NCBI GenBank assembly: GCA_965248535.1
Contig: CBDFJR010000002.1
Location: 160,001 to 224,000 of the forward strand
Source: Phormidesmis sp.
Lineage (GTDB): Bacteria > Cyanobacteriota > Cyanobacteriia > Leptolyngbyales > Leptolyngbyaceae
Length of the DNA: 64,000 nt
Reading direction: 5' to 3'
The position numbers and the translations under genes are program-made. Shown piece by piece: positions 30,279 to 41,738 of the stretch (its first letter is position 1; the number at the start of each line of letters is the position of its first letter). The notes under the pieces are model-generated. The model searched no databases. It worked only from the letters and a program-made list of their open reading frames with translations, and was not told where the DNA came from.

Positions 30279-31484
30279 ATGCCTATAAAATTGCGGTTGG
30301 TGCTTCAAGGTGGGCGGCAATGGGTTTGCCATCTCCTCCCCCTGCTGTTTGTGATGTCGCTGGTGGTGGTCTTGCTGGTCGGTCGGGTGGCTTCTCCTGC
30401 GATCGGGCAAGATGCCCGTCAAGAGATTCGAGGGGTTTGGATGACCCTTAACGATATGGACGTTCTCAAAGATCGGCTCAAACTGCAAGATGCCATTCAC
30501 CAACTGCGACAGCTAAACTTCAACACGGTCTATCCCGTTGTGTGGAACTCTGGCTATGTGATGTATCCCAGCGCGGTGGCCCAACGCACCGGAATCCAAC
30601 CCTTTGTTTACACAGGCTCGACTGGGCAAGACATCATCGCCGATGTGACGGCTCAAGTCCATCAGCAAGGTTTATTGGTTATTCCCTGGTTTGAGTTTGG
30701 GTTGATGGCTCCTCCCACGTCAGAGTTGGCTTTAAGCCACCCCGATTGGCTCACTCAAAAGCGAGATGGCAGTCAAACCTCGGTGAGTGGTGCGGGTGAA
30801 GTGATGTGGTTAAATCCATTTCTCCCTAGCGTTCAACAATTTATTACCGATCTGGTTATTGAAATTGTTACTCAATACGATGTCGATGGCATTCAGTTTG
30901 ACGATCACATGAGTCTGCCCTATGAGTTTGGCTACGATGACTATACGATCGCGCTGTACCTCAAAGAAACTAAAAAAGCGCCGCCCGCAAATGCCTCTGA
31001 TGCTGCCTGGGTGCGATGGCGTGCCAACAAAATTACGGCATTTATGACCCAGCTAAACCAGGCGATAAAAGCCAGAAAGCCCAACGCGATCGTGTCGGTT
31101 TCGCCTAACTACTTTGACTTTGCTTACCGATTTCACCTACAAGACTGGCTGAGTTGGGTGCGCCAAGACCTAGTTGATGAATTGATTGTGCAGGTTTATC
31201 GTCCTGATTTGCAGAGTTTCACTGAGCAAATTAGTCGATCAGAGATTCAAGAAGCTCAACAAAAAATTCCCACGGGCATCGGCATCATGGCTGGGTTGAG
31301 AAATAGCCCCGTTTCGATCAGTCAGATTCAGTCTCAGGCGCGGGCCGCCCACGATCGTGAGTTGGGTACATCTTTTTTCTACTACGAAAGCTTGTGGAAC
31401 AATGCCTCCGAATCGGTCAGCGATCGCCAGTCTGGGTTTCAAGCCATTTTTGCGGCTCCTGCGCTACGATCGGCGATCAAATAG
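30279..31484 (+). CDS. Glycoside hydrolase-like GHL10 (DUF187) protein
   Basis: EIRGVW, FNTVYPVVWN, PWFEFG, YDVDGIQFDDH. Confidence 0.9.
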   Translation: MPIKLRLVLQGGRQWVCHLLPLLFVMSLVVVLLVGRVASPAIGQDARQEIRGVWMTLNDMDVLKDRLKLQDAIHQLRQLNFNTVYPVVWNSGYVMYPSAVAQRTGIQPFVYTGSTGQDIIADVTAQVHQQGLLVIPWFEFGLMAPPTSELALSHPDWLTQKRDGSQTSVSGAGEVMWLNPFLPSVQQFITDLVIEIVTQYDVDGIQFDDHMSLPYEFGYDDYTIALYLKETKKAPPANASDAAWVRWRANKITAFMTQLNQAIKARKPNAIVSVSPNYFDFAYRFHLQDWLSWVRQDLVDELIVQVYRPDLQSFTEQISRSEIQEAQQKIPTGIGIMAGLRNSPVSISQIQSQARAAHDRELGTSFFYYESLWNNASESVSDRQSGFQAIFAAPALRSAIK

Positions 31485-31549
31485 GGGAGCGTTCCCCAAA
31501 ATGACAAATGCCTTACCATAAAGGCGGGCGAGTCGTGAATGAACCGATT

Positions 31550-32125
31550 ATGGCAAAGCGCAAAAAAGATAACCTACGGTGGATCAAAGAAACCCTCGAA
31601 CTCAAGGCCGACCATCGCTGGCAGTGCAGCCCCGGCTACAAGGTGTTTGTTGCCGATCGGGGGGCCGTCCGCTTTGATGTGCCTCAAAACTGGTTTTTTG
31701 AGCCAGACACTAAATCGTTTAAGTTTCTCGATCGCCAGCCTCCTGACGATGACTGCCGTCTCGAAATGTCGTTTAATCGCCTGCCTGAAGGAGATTGGAG
31801 TCTGTTTCCTCTCAAGCACACGCTGCAAAAAATTTTGCAAGATGACAAACGCGAGGTGATTGAGCGAGGCGACGTGATCACCCTCAAACGCCAAACAGCC
31901 CGCATCGTCTGGGCAGAAATTAAATTCATTGACGTTCAAGACCGTCGAGAAGCCTTTTCGCGCACTTGCATTGGCTTAGGGTCAAACGTCCAATGCCTAA
32001 TCACCTTTGATTATTGGGCAGACCAAGCTGAACAGTTGACCCCCGTGTGGGATGAAGTCTTACGATCGCTCACTCTGGGTCTGTATATCCGTGACCCTAT
32101 GAGCGGCACCGCTTTTCCTGACTAG
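31550..32125 (+). CDS. Conserved hypothetical protein
   Basis: Long ORF in an otherwise empty interval, host-like composition. Confidence 0.7.
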   Translation: MAKRKKDNLRWIKETLELKADHRWQCSPGYKVFVADRGAVRFDVPQNWFFEPDTKSFKFLDRQPPDDDCRLEMSFNRLPEGDWSLFPLKHTLQKILQDDKREVIERGDVITLKRQTARIVWAEIKFIDVQDRREAFSRTCIGLGSNVQCLITFDYWADQAEQLTPVWDEVLRSLTLGLYIRDPMSGTAFPD

Positions 32126-32269
32126 CGAGATGAGAACAAAGGTTAAATGAGGCAAACCATAGCTAGACCCCCTACAAAAGCCAACCTGGGTTCTGCAAGG
32201 GGTCTAGAGGGTGAGTTGCCCTATTGTCTAAATGGACAGGACACTCTGTGAGCTTCAGAAAGTTTGGGG

Positions 32270-32740
32270 CTACTTGGTTTCAGCGCCGACATCTGCGTTC
32301 TCGATTTTCTTGGCGGCTTGAGCGAGCGCCTTGCCAACTTTGTGCAAAGGCCCTTTAACGCCTCTGCCCGCTTCGTCCCCGATCGCGGTGGTCTGCTCAC
32401 CCAACTGCTCTAAAACGTCAGCAATTTCACTGGCTTCAGACTTTTTTCCCTTTAGGAGCTTCTTCAGTTCTTTAAGACTGGCAGAGAGTTCTTTAAGGTT
32501 TTCTTCTTTGTGACCCTTGAGAAAGTTCACCCACCCATCGACTGCCGCGATCGCCTCATCTGGCTCGATCTCGGTTAAGTCGCCGTGTAAAATTTCCACG
32601 AGAGACTCCGCATCAGGTGATGCCTCGTCTTGGTCAGCATCGACCTGTTTTGCTTCTCCTGACTGAGCCTTGGTCGGTTGCTTCTCTTCGTCTAGGGTCG
32701 AGTCATCGTGCTTGCCTTTTGTCTCTTTTTGAGATGCCAT
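32270..32740 (-). CDS. Hydrophilic acidic hypothetical protein (possible stress protein)
   Basis: AAAGGA RBS; highly charged, helical sequence. Confidence 0.7.
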   Translation of the reverse strand: MASQKETKGKHDDSTLDEEKQPTKAQSGEAKQVDADQDEASPDAESLVEILHGDLTEIEPDEAIAAVDGWVNFLKGHKEENLKELSASLKELKKLLKGKKSEASEIADVLEQLGEQTTAIGDEAGRGVKGPLHKVGKALAQAAKKIENADVGAETK

Positions 32741-33074
32741 CTTGGTGATTCCTTTGGTTAAAAGTGGCTAAAAGTTGCCGTTTGCTTAACCCCAAGTTAC
32801 GCCTCTAACTCAGACGTTCCCTCTCTCTTGAGGGCAACATTAGACCCTGTTTGAAATCGCTCAATAGGGAGACGCAGGGTAAAACCTTGATCAACCCAAG
32901 CCAGTCTACAACAGCGTCAAACCGTGTCAGTACAGTCGCTTCTCAGCTTGCGTGTTTCTGCCGACCCTCTAAAGCCCCGATCTAGATCAGTACCGTAGAT
33001 CGACGATGGTTGATTACTTTTCATAAATAGAGAATAAATTCAACGCTGATGTGGATGATGACCCCTTAAAAAAG

Positions 33075-33860
33075 ATGATGGCAACTCAAACTTCCCTTCG
33101 TTCTCGTGGCATGGAACTGTTAGTGTCCTACCATAACAAGCCCTCAGTTCGCACTCGGAATCAGTTAGTGCAGTTAAATGCAGGTCTTGTTCGCAAGATT
33201 GCTCATCGAGTCAGTCATCAGTGCGCCGAACCCTATGAAGATCTGGAGCAGATTGGCTATTTGGGTTTAATTCGCGCTATTGAGCGGTTTAACCCTCATC
33301 AAGGCTGTGCGTTTAGCTCCTTTGCAGTGCCCTACATTCGGGGTGAGATGCTTCACTTTTTGCGCGATCGTGCAGGTACGGTTAAGATTCCCCGGCGCTG
33401 GCAACAACTCAACAAAGAAGGGCAGCGAGTTCGCGAAGGATTGACCGAGGCCTATGGTCGGCAGCCGACGGATGAAGAAATTGCCAATGAGTTGGGAGTA
33501 GGGGTTCACGAATGGCGTGAGAGCAAACTGGCGGCTAGAAACCGTTTGCCTTTGAGCTTGGATGCCACGATTTGTCAGCAGCTTGACTCTCCGATGACGT
33601 TGGGTGACACCTTGCCCGATGCCCATTATCAGCAGCTTCAGCATTTAGAAGAAGACCGTCAGCAGTTGCAAAAAGCGCTGAATCAGCTAGAAGACAAAAC
33701 TCGGCAGGCGATCGAATACGTTTTTTTGCACGACTTGTCTCGAAAAGAGGTAGCCGAACAAATTGGGGTTAGCCCGATGACCGTGACTCGTCGCATTCAT
33801 CGAGGCATTCAGCAGATGGTTAGCTTGCTGCAACCTCAAGTTTTGCAATCCGACCCCTAG
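33075..33860 (+). CDS. sigF: Group 3 sigma factor SigF
   Basis: RNQLVQLNAGLVRKIAH, EDLEQIGYLGL, FAVPYIRGEMLHFLRD, SPMTVTR. Confidence 0.9.
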   Translation: MMATQTSLRSRGMELLVSYHNKPSVRTRNQLVQLNAGLVRKIAHRVSHQCAEPYEDLEQIGYLGLIRAIERFNPHQGCAFSSFAVPYIRGEMLHFLRDRAGTVKIPRRWQQLNKEGQRVREGLTEAYGRQPTDEEIANELGVGVHEWRESKLAARNRLPLSLDATICQQLDSPMTLGDTLPDAHYQQLQHLEEDRQQLQKALNQLEDKTRQAIEYVFLHDLSRKEVAEQIGVSPMTVTRRIHRGIQQMVSLLQPQVLQSDP

Positions 33861-33901
33861 GGGTTAACTGGCTCTAACTTAGGTGTTCATCATCTCTAGA
33901 T

Positions 33902-33934
33902 ATGCCGGGCTGACGTGATTCAGTCCGGCATTTT
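33902..33934 (+). terminator. Intrinsic terminator after sigF
   Basis: ATGCCGGGCTGA-loop-TCAGTCCGGCAT followed by T run. Confidence 0.7.
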
Positions 33935-33966
33935 CTATGGTTGACGTGAATTTGCGGTGTGATGGG

Positions 33967-36021
33967 CTAGCGGGCTTTCATATCCGCGATCGCGTTTCGC
34001 GTCATGGCAGCGATGGTCTGGTCGTTGGCTTTGGGTAAGTGATAATACTTACCGCCTGCCTGTTTTGCGAGTTCTTTAGCGAAGCCTGTTGAAACAAACT
34101 TATTTTCGGTGTCGATGACCAGCAGTTGAGTGCCCATCGCCCGGATCTTGCCTGCAATATCCAGCAGTTCGGCTTTGATGTCGGGCTTTTCACCATCGGG
34201 GATGGTTTCACCCAGCGATCGGGCCAGCGGCACATTGCCTCGACCATCCGTAATCGCCACAATCACAACCTGCCCAACATCGCCTGACTGTTTAGCATTA
34301 ATCCCTACTCGCACCGCTTGCGTTAAGCCGTGGGCTAACGGGGAGCCTCCACCACAAGCCATGCGATCGAGGCGGCGTTTGGCCGCTTCGATCGATCGCG
34401 TCGGGGGCAACAAAACTTCAGCCTGTTCGCCCCTAAACGGAATTAGAGAAACTTGGTCGCGATTTTGATAAGCCTCGGTCAAGAGGGTCAACACGGCTCC
34501 CTTGGCAGAGTTCATGCGGTTAAGGGCCATGGAGCCAGAGGCATCGACGACGAAGATAATCAGCGCCCCGGCTTTGCGGGCGAGTCTTTTTTGACGAATG
34601 TCGCTTTCTTCAACAAAGACGCGCTTGCGAGAAGCAGCACTGGTTTCGGGTCGGGTGTCTTCGGCGCGCTGACGACGAGATTTTTGGTAGGGAGCCGCCG
34701 ATCGTAGCGTTGCATCTACGGCTATGCGGCGCACTTTGCCTTTGGGCAACATGGGTTTGATATAGCGCCCCCGATCGTCAGAAAAAATGATCGATCGACT
34801 TCCCGATTTGCCTTGCCGGGTGGCCATTTGAGCAAAATAAAGCACGTCTGGGTCAAGAATCACGCCTTCTGCATCAAAGACAAACTCATCGGGAATGCTG
34901 GGTGGCTCCTGCTCCTGCTGGTCTTCGGGTTCTTCTTTTTCGTCTTGCTCGTCTTGATCTTGTTCAGACTCGTCTTGAGGTTCGTCTTGATTTTGCGGGG
35001 GTGGTGGCGGCGGTGGCGGATTTTCGTCGGGTGGGGTTTGGACGATCGTCGATCGGGGCACAATCACCAGTTTGACGGCTTGGTGCAAATCTTCGGCAAT
35101 CACATCGGTGCGTCCGTCCAGTGCAGCGTGGGCTTTGGCAACTCTGAGGGCAAACAACTCGGCTCGATGCCCCTGCACGCCACCCCGAATCGCTTCGTTA
35201 ACTAAGTAATTGATCTGCTCAGTGCTGACACGGACATCTTTGAGCCACTCTCGCGCCAGAATAATCTGGGTTCTCAGCGAGTCGAGATCTTCCGCATAAT
35301 CCTGAAGAAAAGCTTGCGGAGAGTTGGAGTAGCGAGTGGCTTGCTCAACGGCCTGCACCCGATCGTCCAAGTCTAAAACCGCATCGGCTGAGAGAGCGAT
35401 CGCGATCCGATCCAGCAAGTGTTCTCTCAGTGACCCTTCTTCAGGATTGTAAGTCGCGATCAGTAAGGGTTTACACGGATGCTGAAAACTGATGCCTTCT
35501 CGCTCGATCTGGTTGCGTCCATCGGTTAACGCCGTCAGCAAAAAGTTAGAGATCTGATCGTCTAACAGATTGATTTCGTCAATATAGAGAACGCCGCGAT
35601 GCGCTTCGGCCAGCAGCCCTGGCTGAAAAACAGTTTCGCCTTGCCGAATCGATTGACTGACATCAACGGAGCCGAGCAGCCGATCTTCGGTGATCCCCAA
35701 CGGAATCTGCACAAACGGCGCACGAATCACCTCTGTTGGGATATGCGCCAGATCGGTGACTCTCTCTAAGGTCAGATCGTCCCACTCTTCGGGCCGGGTG
35801 GGGTCGCAGTTGCTAAGGGAATCTTTGACCACCTCGATCGGGGGCAACAGCGCATGAATCGCCCGTGCCATCACCGATTTTGCAGTGCCTCTGCGTCCAG
35901 CAATCACTACGCCCCCCAGAGTGGGATCGACAGCAGCCAAAAGGAGCGCCATTTTGATGGCTTCTTGACCCACGACCGCAGCTAGCGGAAATGTGGTAAT
36001 CGGAGTCTCAACTACAGACAT
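33967..36021 (-). CDS. chlD: Magnesium chelatase subunit D
   Basis: [12 protein letters not shown] domain, Pro/acidic linker, v[10 protein letters not shown]. Confidence 0.97.
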   Translation of the reverse strand: MSVVETPITTFPLAAVVGQEAIKMALLLAAVDPTLGGVVIAGRRGTAKSVMARAIHALLPPIEVVKDSLSNCDPTRPEEWDDLTLERVTDLAHIPTEVIRAPFVQIPLGITEDRLLGSVDVSQSIRQGETVFQPGLLAEAHRGVLYIDEINLLDDQISNFLLTALTDGRNQIEREGISFQHPCKPLLIATYNPEEGSLREHLLDRIAIALSADAVLDLDDRVQAVEQATRYSNSPQAFLQDYAEDLDSLRTQIILAREWLKDVRVSTEQINYLVNEAIRGGVQGHRAELFALRVAKAHAALDGRTDVIAEDLHQAVKLVIVPRSTIVQTPPDENPPPPPPPPQNQDEPQDESEQDQDEQDEKEEPEDQQEQEPPSIPDEFVFDAEGVILDPDVLYFAQMATRQGKSGSRSIIFSDDRGRYIKPMLPKGKVRRIAVDATLRSAAPYQKSRRQRAEDTRPETSAASRKRVFVEESDIRQKRLARKAGALIIFVVDASGSMALNRMNSAKGAVLTLLTEAYQNRDQVSLIPFRGEQAEVLLPPTRSIEAAKRRLDRMACGGGSPLAHGLTQAVRVGINAKQSGDVGQVVIVAITDGRGNVPLARSLGETIPDGEKPDIKAELLDIAGKIRAMGTQLLVIDTENKFVSTGFAKELAKQAGGKYYHLPKANDQTIAAMTRNAIADMKAR

Positions 36022-36096
36022 GGGATCTTAAGAATGATGCGGAACATTTGGCGGGTTGAAAGCCTGAAATCTTATACAGGAGTGTCGAGTCAGGAG

Positions 36097-36756
36097 CTAC
36101 ATCCCTTCACCGTTTTGGGATTGTTGGATCACGGCGCTCCAATCATCGTTTTCAACGGCGGACTCTAGAGTTTGACGGCGCTCGACTTCTGAGGTTGAAA
36201 GCTGGGCTGACTCTTGGCTGAGGGACTGATCGGCCATTGCCTTACGGAGTTTGAGTTTTTTCTCTTCATAAGCGTCTCGTTCGGCGATAGACATGGCGAG
36301 TTTTGCCGCCTCTGCGACGGTGCCCGCCCAGCGATCGCTCTCCTCCCTGTTACCGATCGGAACACTTTCATTCTCAGCAATCCACGCGTCTCGCAGTTGC
36401 TCCATCTCTTCGCGCTTGGGAAACTTAAAGGTTTTGAGCCGCAAAAATGCACAGGTGTCTTCGCCCAACTGAGTCACATGACCACTGAGAGAAAGCGGCA
36501 CATTGCGCGAATAGCCAACATATTGAAGCTGACGATCGCAGTTCAACACGGCATACACGCCCGCGATTTTTGCATTCACTGCCTGGGCAGACCACTCTGC
36601 CACTGACATGACCGCCTCGCCCTGACTGTCTAGATTAGGCGCGCTGGCTGCGGTCTCGGTGTGCTCGTCGTCAGAGCTATATAAAAAGCTGTGTAAGCCT
36701 TGGTGCGCTTGAGGGACATTTTGATGTTCGATCGCGACTGTGTTGTCTGCTTCCAC
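36097..36756 (-). CDS. GIY-YIG-like domain protein (cyanobacterial)
   Basis: GVYAV...YVGYSRN motif. Confidence 0.75.
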   Translation of the reverse strand: MEADNTVAIEHQNVPQAHQGLHSFLYSSDDEHTETAASAPNLDSQGEAVMSVAEWSAQAVNAKIAGVYAVLNCDRQLQYVGYSRNVPLSLSGHVTQLGEDTCAFLRLKTFKFPKREEMEQLRDAWIAENESVPIGNREESDRWAGTVAEAAKLAMSIAERDAYEEKKLKLRKAMADQSLSQESAQLSTSEVERRQTLESAVENDDWSAVIQQSQNGEGM

Positions 36757-36909
36757 TGGCGTTGGTCTCCGGTTCGCACTGCATCGAGCTGATCTCTATT
36801 ATCGGAGATCAAGGCAACCGAATTTTGCAATTTCGGGGATCATCCCCTCCCATTCTTTCTAAACATGGCGTAAACTTTTGTTAATAAAGTTTTAAGGTAA
36901 TTTTCAGAA

Positions 36910-37350
36910 ATGGCAACTCCTGCTGGATTTGGGAAGGCGAAACCGCAGCCAAAAAAGCCGCCAAGCAAAGGCGCTGAAAAGCGGGCTGAGGCATCGCAGC
37001 TTTACGATCAGTTTAAAGATGATGGCACGCCTGAATATGAGATTTATATTCGAGTGCAGGGCAAGAAAAGCTGGTTTCCAGTCGGGGCGATCGCGGTGAA
37101 GCGTTCCAACCAGATCAATCACGCCATTTTTGACAACTTAGAAGAATTACAAAAGGGCGCGTTTCGTTTATTTCCAGTGCTGAAAAAAAATCAGGCTCAG
37201 TTGGAGTATGGCTATCGTCTCAAAGGCGTTAAAGAGGACGAAATTGAGTTGGCTGAACGTCCGTCAGCAGGCTCAAATGCTGGAATTGGGGTTCAGAATG
37301 CGCTCTCAATGATTGGCGATCGCGTCTCTTCGCTCTTCAAACGTAAGTAG
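36910..37350 (+). CDS. HHL1-like protein
   Basis: GFG N-terminus, WFPVGAI, GAFRLFP, LEYGYRLK. Confidence 0.75.
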   Translation: MATPAGFGKAKPQPKKPPSKGAEKRAEASQLYDQFKDDGTPEYEIYIRVQGKKSWFPVGAIAVKRSNQINHAIFDNLEELQKGAFRLFPVLKKNQAQLEYGYRLKGVKEDEIELAERPSAGSNAGIGVQNALSMIGDRVSSLFKRK

Positions 37351-37368
37351 ACTCTAGAAGGGATTTCT

Positions 37369-37417
37369 CGCAAAAAAATTCGCCCGTCCTGTTTCAGCGA
37401 TCGAGCGAATTTTTCGC
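37369..37417. terminator. Bidirectional hairpin between convergent genes
   Basis: AAAAAATTCGC...GCGAATTTTT inverted repeat. Confidence 0.55.
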
Positions 37418-37425
37418 CTAGGAGA

Positions 37426-38511
37426 TTAGCCCAGATTTCTCTGTAGCTGCAAGCCCAATAGCCCGGTTTTGATGTGTTCTAGGAGGCTGTCTTTGCCGGA
37501 AGCCCGATCGCACTGAGTCAAGAGCTTGCGACTGTTTTTGGCGACGCGTTTTGCACTGATGGTTTGCTTGTGAGGAGTGCCCCGTCCGGTAATAATCACC
37601 ACCAGATCAGCCTGGGCTATATGGCTCTCAGTCTGTTTTGCCCACTGATCTCCATCCTCGGCGGTGCACCAAACCAGATTGACTTTTGACTGCCGTAAAC
37701 ACTCTTCTACCTGCACCTTGACGTTATTTTGACCGCCAAAGATCACCACTTTTCCCGCTAAGTCTGCATAGGGATCAGGGGTTTCATCTCTCTCGTCACC
37801 CTCATCAGAGACGGTTGCCCGTGGGCGATTTGAGCCTCCCCCAGAGACTAATGTTAAGTGAGGAGGGTTTTGCTGCTGACGCAGTTTAGTTGCCTTTTCA
37901 TACATCCGAGACAGCTTCCATTCAGGAGTGCCCGCTATGACGATCGCTTTGCCTTCACGATTGCAGTCGTTGATTTTGTTGAGCAAAGCGTTGACCACTT
38001 CTTCGAGCGATTCTAAAGCCTTGAGATCTTCTTTGGCATAGTGAACCTCGATCGCCAGATCCGCCGCTTCGTAATAATTTTCTTGAGCCGCGATCGTAGC
38101 CAGCAGTTGCCGCTTTTTTTCGTGTCGACGGCGCTGAAGATCTTCTCGCTCACGCCGTCGAGATTGGGTGTCAGACTCTTCGCGCTCTTGCTGCTGCCGC
38201 CGCTCTTCGATGATCGAGCCAACCCAGTCAACCGCTTCTTGGGGCGAACTCTGACGATTGGCTAATAATTTTTCTCCCAGTTTGGGCAACTCATATTTAA
38301 GCTGATAGCGATAGTGGCGAATTCTCACCTCTAGCTGCTGATAGCGATCGTCTTCTGCGGGTGTGTTCAATCGTTGCAGGTCTCGTTGCAGGTCTTCTAG
38401 CTTGGTGCAAAAATGGTCTAACCTGTGCTGAATCTCAAGACAAGCCTCACGTTTGATAATGTCTGTTTCATAACTTTGGACAAATTGCTCAAAGGGATCA
38501 AAGCTTTGCAT
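37426..38511 (-). CDS. Coiled-coil protein with C-terminal DUF2325-like domain
   Basis: Charged helical N-terminus; KVVIFGG...ADLVVIIT..H C-terminal pattern. Confidence 0.65.
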   Translation of the reverse strand: MQSFDPFEQFVQSYETDIIKREACLEIQHRLDHFCTKLEDLQRDLQRLNTPAEDDRYQQLEVRIRHYRYQLKYELPKLGEKLLANRQSSPQEAVDWVGSIIEERRQQQEREESDTQSRRREREDLQRRRHEKKRQLLATIAAQENYYEAADLAIEVHYAKEDLKALESLEEVVNALLNKINDCNREGKAIVIAGTPEWKLSRMYEKATKLRQQQNPPHLTLVSGGGSNRPRATVSDEGDERDETPDPYADLAGKVVIFGGQNNVKVQVEECLRQSKVNLVWCTAEDGDQWAKQTESHIAQADLVVIITGRGTPHKQTISAKRVAKNSRKLLTQCDRASGKDSLLEHIKTGLLGLQLQRNLG

Positions 38512-38666
38512 GGTGTGACAACCTTTTGTGAGTTGGAGTGGGCCAGATGTTGACCCAAAGATAAATATTCTTAATATCTCTGTCTAAACTAGATAAGGTC
38601 AGGCGTGGAAGTACGGAATCCGCCCCGATCGAGCCTCAAGCGCGTTGTTGTCTTTACCTACACTTC

Positions 38667-39848
38667 ATGAAATACAGACGTTTTGGACGCACTGAGCTAC
38701 AAATGCCAGTGTTCACCTGTGGGGGAATGCGCTATCAGTACAAGTGGCAAGATGTCTCTGCAAAAGAGATCCCAGCCGACAGCCAGCAAAATCTAGAGGC
38801 GACAATTCGCCGTTCTCTAGAGGTGGGGATCAATCACATTGAGACGGCTCGCGCCTATGGCACGTCAGAGTTGCAGCTTGGACAAATTTTGCCAAACCTG
38901 CCCCGCGAAAAGCTGATTGTGCAAACCAAAGTTGAGCCGATGGCAGACTCAAAGGCATTTTTGAAAACCTTTGAGCAGTCGCTGCGATTTTTAAAGCTTG
39001 ACCGAGTAGATCTGCTGTCCATCCACGGCATCAACCTAGACAGCCATCTTGAAGAATGCCTGCGATCGGGTGGCTGTCTAGACGTGGCTCAAAAGCTGCA
39101 AGCTCAGGGAAAAGTTGGCTCGATCGGGTTCTCGACCCACGGCGCGACTGATGTGATTTTGAAGACCATTGCTACTAATCAGTTTGATTATGTCAATCTG
39201 CACTGGTACTACATCAATCAGGTCAATTGGGCGGCGATCGAGGCAGCCAATCGGCTAGATATGGGCGTTTTTATCATTAGTCCTTCTAATAAGGGCGGGT
39301 TGCTTTATCAGCCGTCACCCAGGCTTGTGGATCTCTGCGCGCCTCTTAGCCCGATCGTGTTTAATAACCTGTTTTGTCTCAGTCATCCGCAGGTGCACAC
39401 CCTCAGCATTGGGGCGGCCCGTCCTGAAGATTTTGACGAACATCTCAAGACGCTAGACTATTTGGATCGTGCCGACGAGGTGCTTTTGCCGATTGTGAAC
39501 CGATTAGAAGCGGCCGCGATCGAGCGATTAGGCTCCGATTGGGTCAACACTTGGAGAACGGGATTGCCATCAGTAGATCAAACGCCCGGTCGATTAAACA
39601 TTCCGGTGATTTTGTGGCTCCGAAATCTGGCGATCGCTTACGACATGGTGGACTATGCCCAGATGCGCTATAACCTGCTGGGGCAGGCGAGTCATTGGTT
39701 TCCGGGGGCGAGGGTTGACACGATTGATCTCAAATCGCTGCAAAAATGCCTAGCTAACAGTCCTCACGCTGACAAAATTCCAGAGATGCTGCAAGACGCT
39801 CACCAGATGTTAAGCGGCACGATCGTCAAACGCTTAGGCAGTTCTTGA
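38667..39848 (+). CDS. Aldo/keto reductase
   Basis: YRRFGRT, GINHIETARAYG, IGFSTH. Confidence 0.9.
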   Translation: MKYRRFGRTELQMPVFTCGGMRYQYKWQDVSAKEIPADSQQNLEATIRRSLEVGINHIETARAYGTSELQLGQILPNLPREKLIVQTKVEPMADSKAFLKTFEQSLRFLKLDRVDLLSIHGINLDSHLEECLRSGGCLDVAQKLQAQGKVGSIGFSTHGATDVILKTIATNQFDYVNLHWYYINQVNWAAIEAANRLDMGVFIISPSNKGGLLYQPSPRLVDLCAPLSPIVFNNLFCLSHPQVHTLSIGAARPEDFDEHLKTLDYLDRADEVLLPIVNRLEAAAIERLGSDWVNTWRTGLPSVDQTPGRLNIPVILWLRNLAIAYDMVDYAQMRYNLLGQASHWFPGARVDTIDLKSLQKCLANSPHADKIPEMLQDAHQMLSGTIVKRLGSS

Positions 39849-40250
39849 GGGTTACCCCTTGAGAGGTTGACCCGCTTCTCGATAGTATTGGTCGCTTATT
39901 CATTCATCTGTCAAAAGTAGGATTTTTTTGATTTGTTCAATTGATTTGTCTGCGTTGACCTGATGCGATCGTCAAATCAGTTAGACTTTATTTTTCAATT
40001 TTCTGTCTAAAGTTATATGCCACAAGCCAGACATTTGTATCAATCAACTAAGCCTATGATGAGAGACAACTATCAGTAGATTTAAGCCAGTCTATTCAGT
40101 TTGATTTGTCAAAAAACAGACCCATCACAACTCGATCGATTGACAGGCTCAGACGGGGTGCTATTGCCAAAAAAGCCGACAAATTAACCCTGGTTCACTC
40201 ACGATCTGTCGCGCTTAGTTATGTTCTAAAAACTGTGGGAGCTTACTTGA

Positions 40251-40976
40251 ATGGATACCGATATTCGGATTACTCTTATTGAAGATCATGACTTAACCAG
40301 AGTTGGGATGAGAACTGCCCTTCAGCAGCGACCTGGGTTTAAAGTCGTCGGCGAAGCCGCAAACGGCACCGACGGTCTAAAGCTGATGACTTCTGCAAAG
40401 CCGGATGTCGCGATCGTAGATATTGGGCTGCCTGACATTGATGGCATCGAGCTAACCCGTCGCTTTCGTCAAGCCCAAGCAGAAATGGCCGATGAATCAG
40501 TTACTAAAGTCCTCATCTTGACCCTGCAAGACAACGAAGATGTTGTGCTAGCCGCCTTTGCAGCTGGGGCAGACTCCTACTGCATGAAAGATGTGAGTTT
40601 AGACCAGTTAGTTGAGGCGCTGCGCGTCACTCAAGAAGGCAACTCTTGGATCGATCCGGCAATCGCCCGTGTGGTGTTGCGGCAAGCGCGAGACACTCAG
40701 CCCGAAGACAGCACGGCTGTTGATTTTAAGACCGTCTCCATCAGTGCTGCCGAGCCGGAATATAACCAAATTATTGAAGCCTACCCCTTAACTGAGCGGG
40801 AGCTAGAAGTCTTGCAACTGATTGTGGATGGGTGCAGCAACGCCGCGATCGCCGAAAAACTCTACATCACAGTAGGCACCGTTAAAACCCATGTTCGCAA
40901 TATCCTCAACAAGCTATGTGCCGATGATCGCACTCAGGCCGCCGTCAGAGCACTGCGATCGGGCTTAGTCGGGTGA
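40251..40976 (+). CDS. NarL/LuxR-family response regulator
   Basis: IEDH, PDVAIVDIGLP, LTERELEVL...TVKTHV HTH. Confidence 0.93.
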   Translation: MDTDIRITLIEDHDLTRVGMRTALQQRPGFKVVGEAANGTDGLKLMTSAKPDVAIVDIGLPDIDGIELTRRFRQAQAEMADESVTKVLILTLQDNEDVVLAAFAAGADSYCMKDVSLDQLVEALRVTQEGNSWIDPAIARVVLRQARDTQPEDSTAVDFKTVSISAAEPEYNQIIEAYPLTERELEVLQLIVDGCSNAAIAEKLYITVGTVKTHVRNILNKLCADDRTQAAVRALRSGLVG

Positions 40977-41422
40977 AGAAATCTGAGACTCTGTTCCAGA
41001 AATCTGCGCGATCGCTGGGTCGTTATCTACTCATAATTTGGGTCTGCGTCTCGCTGTGGCTGGTTGCCCCGATCGCGAGTTGGGCTGCCTCGGCTCCTGA
41101 CGCTGACCTGTCTGCGGTCACGTCCTCTAGCAGTCTAGCTAGACCCGACCCCAACAACATTCCTTCTGAGAAAGTAACGCAGTTTGTCAATGTCTATTTG
41201 CAGGTTGTGACCTTGATTGAGCGTCGAGAAGGAGAGCTACAGGCTGCCGAAACGGAATCTGAGTCACTCCGCATTCAGCGCGATATTGAACTGGAAGCGA
41301 TCGTGCTGATTGAGACCGCAGGCTTAAATCGTCAAGAATATTTGCAGCTTTTAAGTCTTGCCAACGCTGATCCTGAATTTAGTGAACGGGTTGTCACCCT
41401 CATCCAAGAGACTGATAGCTGA
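40973..41422 (+). CDS. DUF4168-like exported protein
   Basis: Signal peptide, IPSEKVTQFV, GLNRQEY; GTGA overlap with the regulator gene. Confidence 0.7.
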   Translation: MKKSETLFQKSARSLGRYLLIIWVCVSLWLVAPIASWAASAPDADLSAVTSSSSLARPDPNNIPSEKVTQFVNVYLQVVTLIERREGELQAAETESESLRIQRDIELEAIVLIETAGLNRQEYLQLLSLANADPEFSERVVTLIQETDS

Positions 41423-41738
41423 TCCCCACTTGTTTCAAGCCACAAAGGGCTGAATTTTCTCAGCCACTAGAGCCGCACAACCAGAAATGAGTGATTAAAT
41501 AGGAAGACGGATTTAAGCAGGTGTCAATTTCTCATCTGTTGGCAACTGTTGCCAACTGAGGGGCTGTGCAGCAGGCGAGGGATCGCGATCGCGGCTGCTC
41601 TAAAATCTTGCCAAATCACCCCGGAGAGATCAGCTTCTATCCAAATTCATTAGCTTTTGTCGTCAAGGTGCATCGCCTTAACCCTCTAACCTGCCTGGTT
41701 TTTGCCCAGTTTCTAGCTCTGTTTAACAAGAACTCACG

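Noticed and set aside
36097..36756. Mobile GIY-YIG homing endonuclease
   Set aside because: Host-like composition with HIP1 sites, no intron or intein context; resembles a conserved cyanobacterial protein next to chlD
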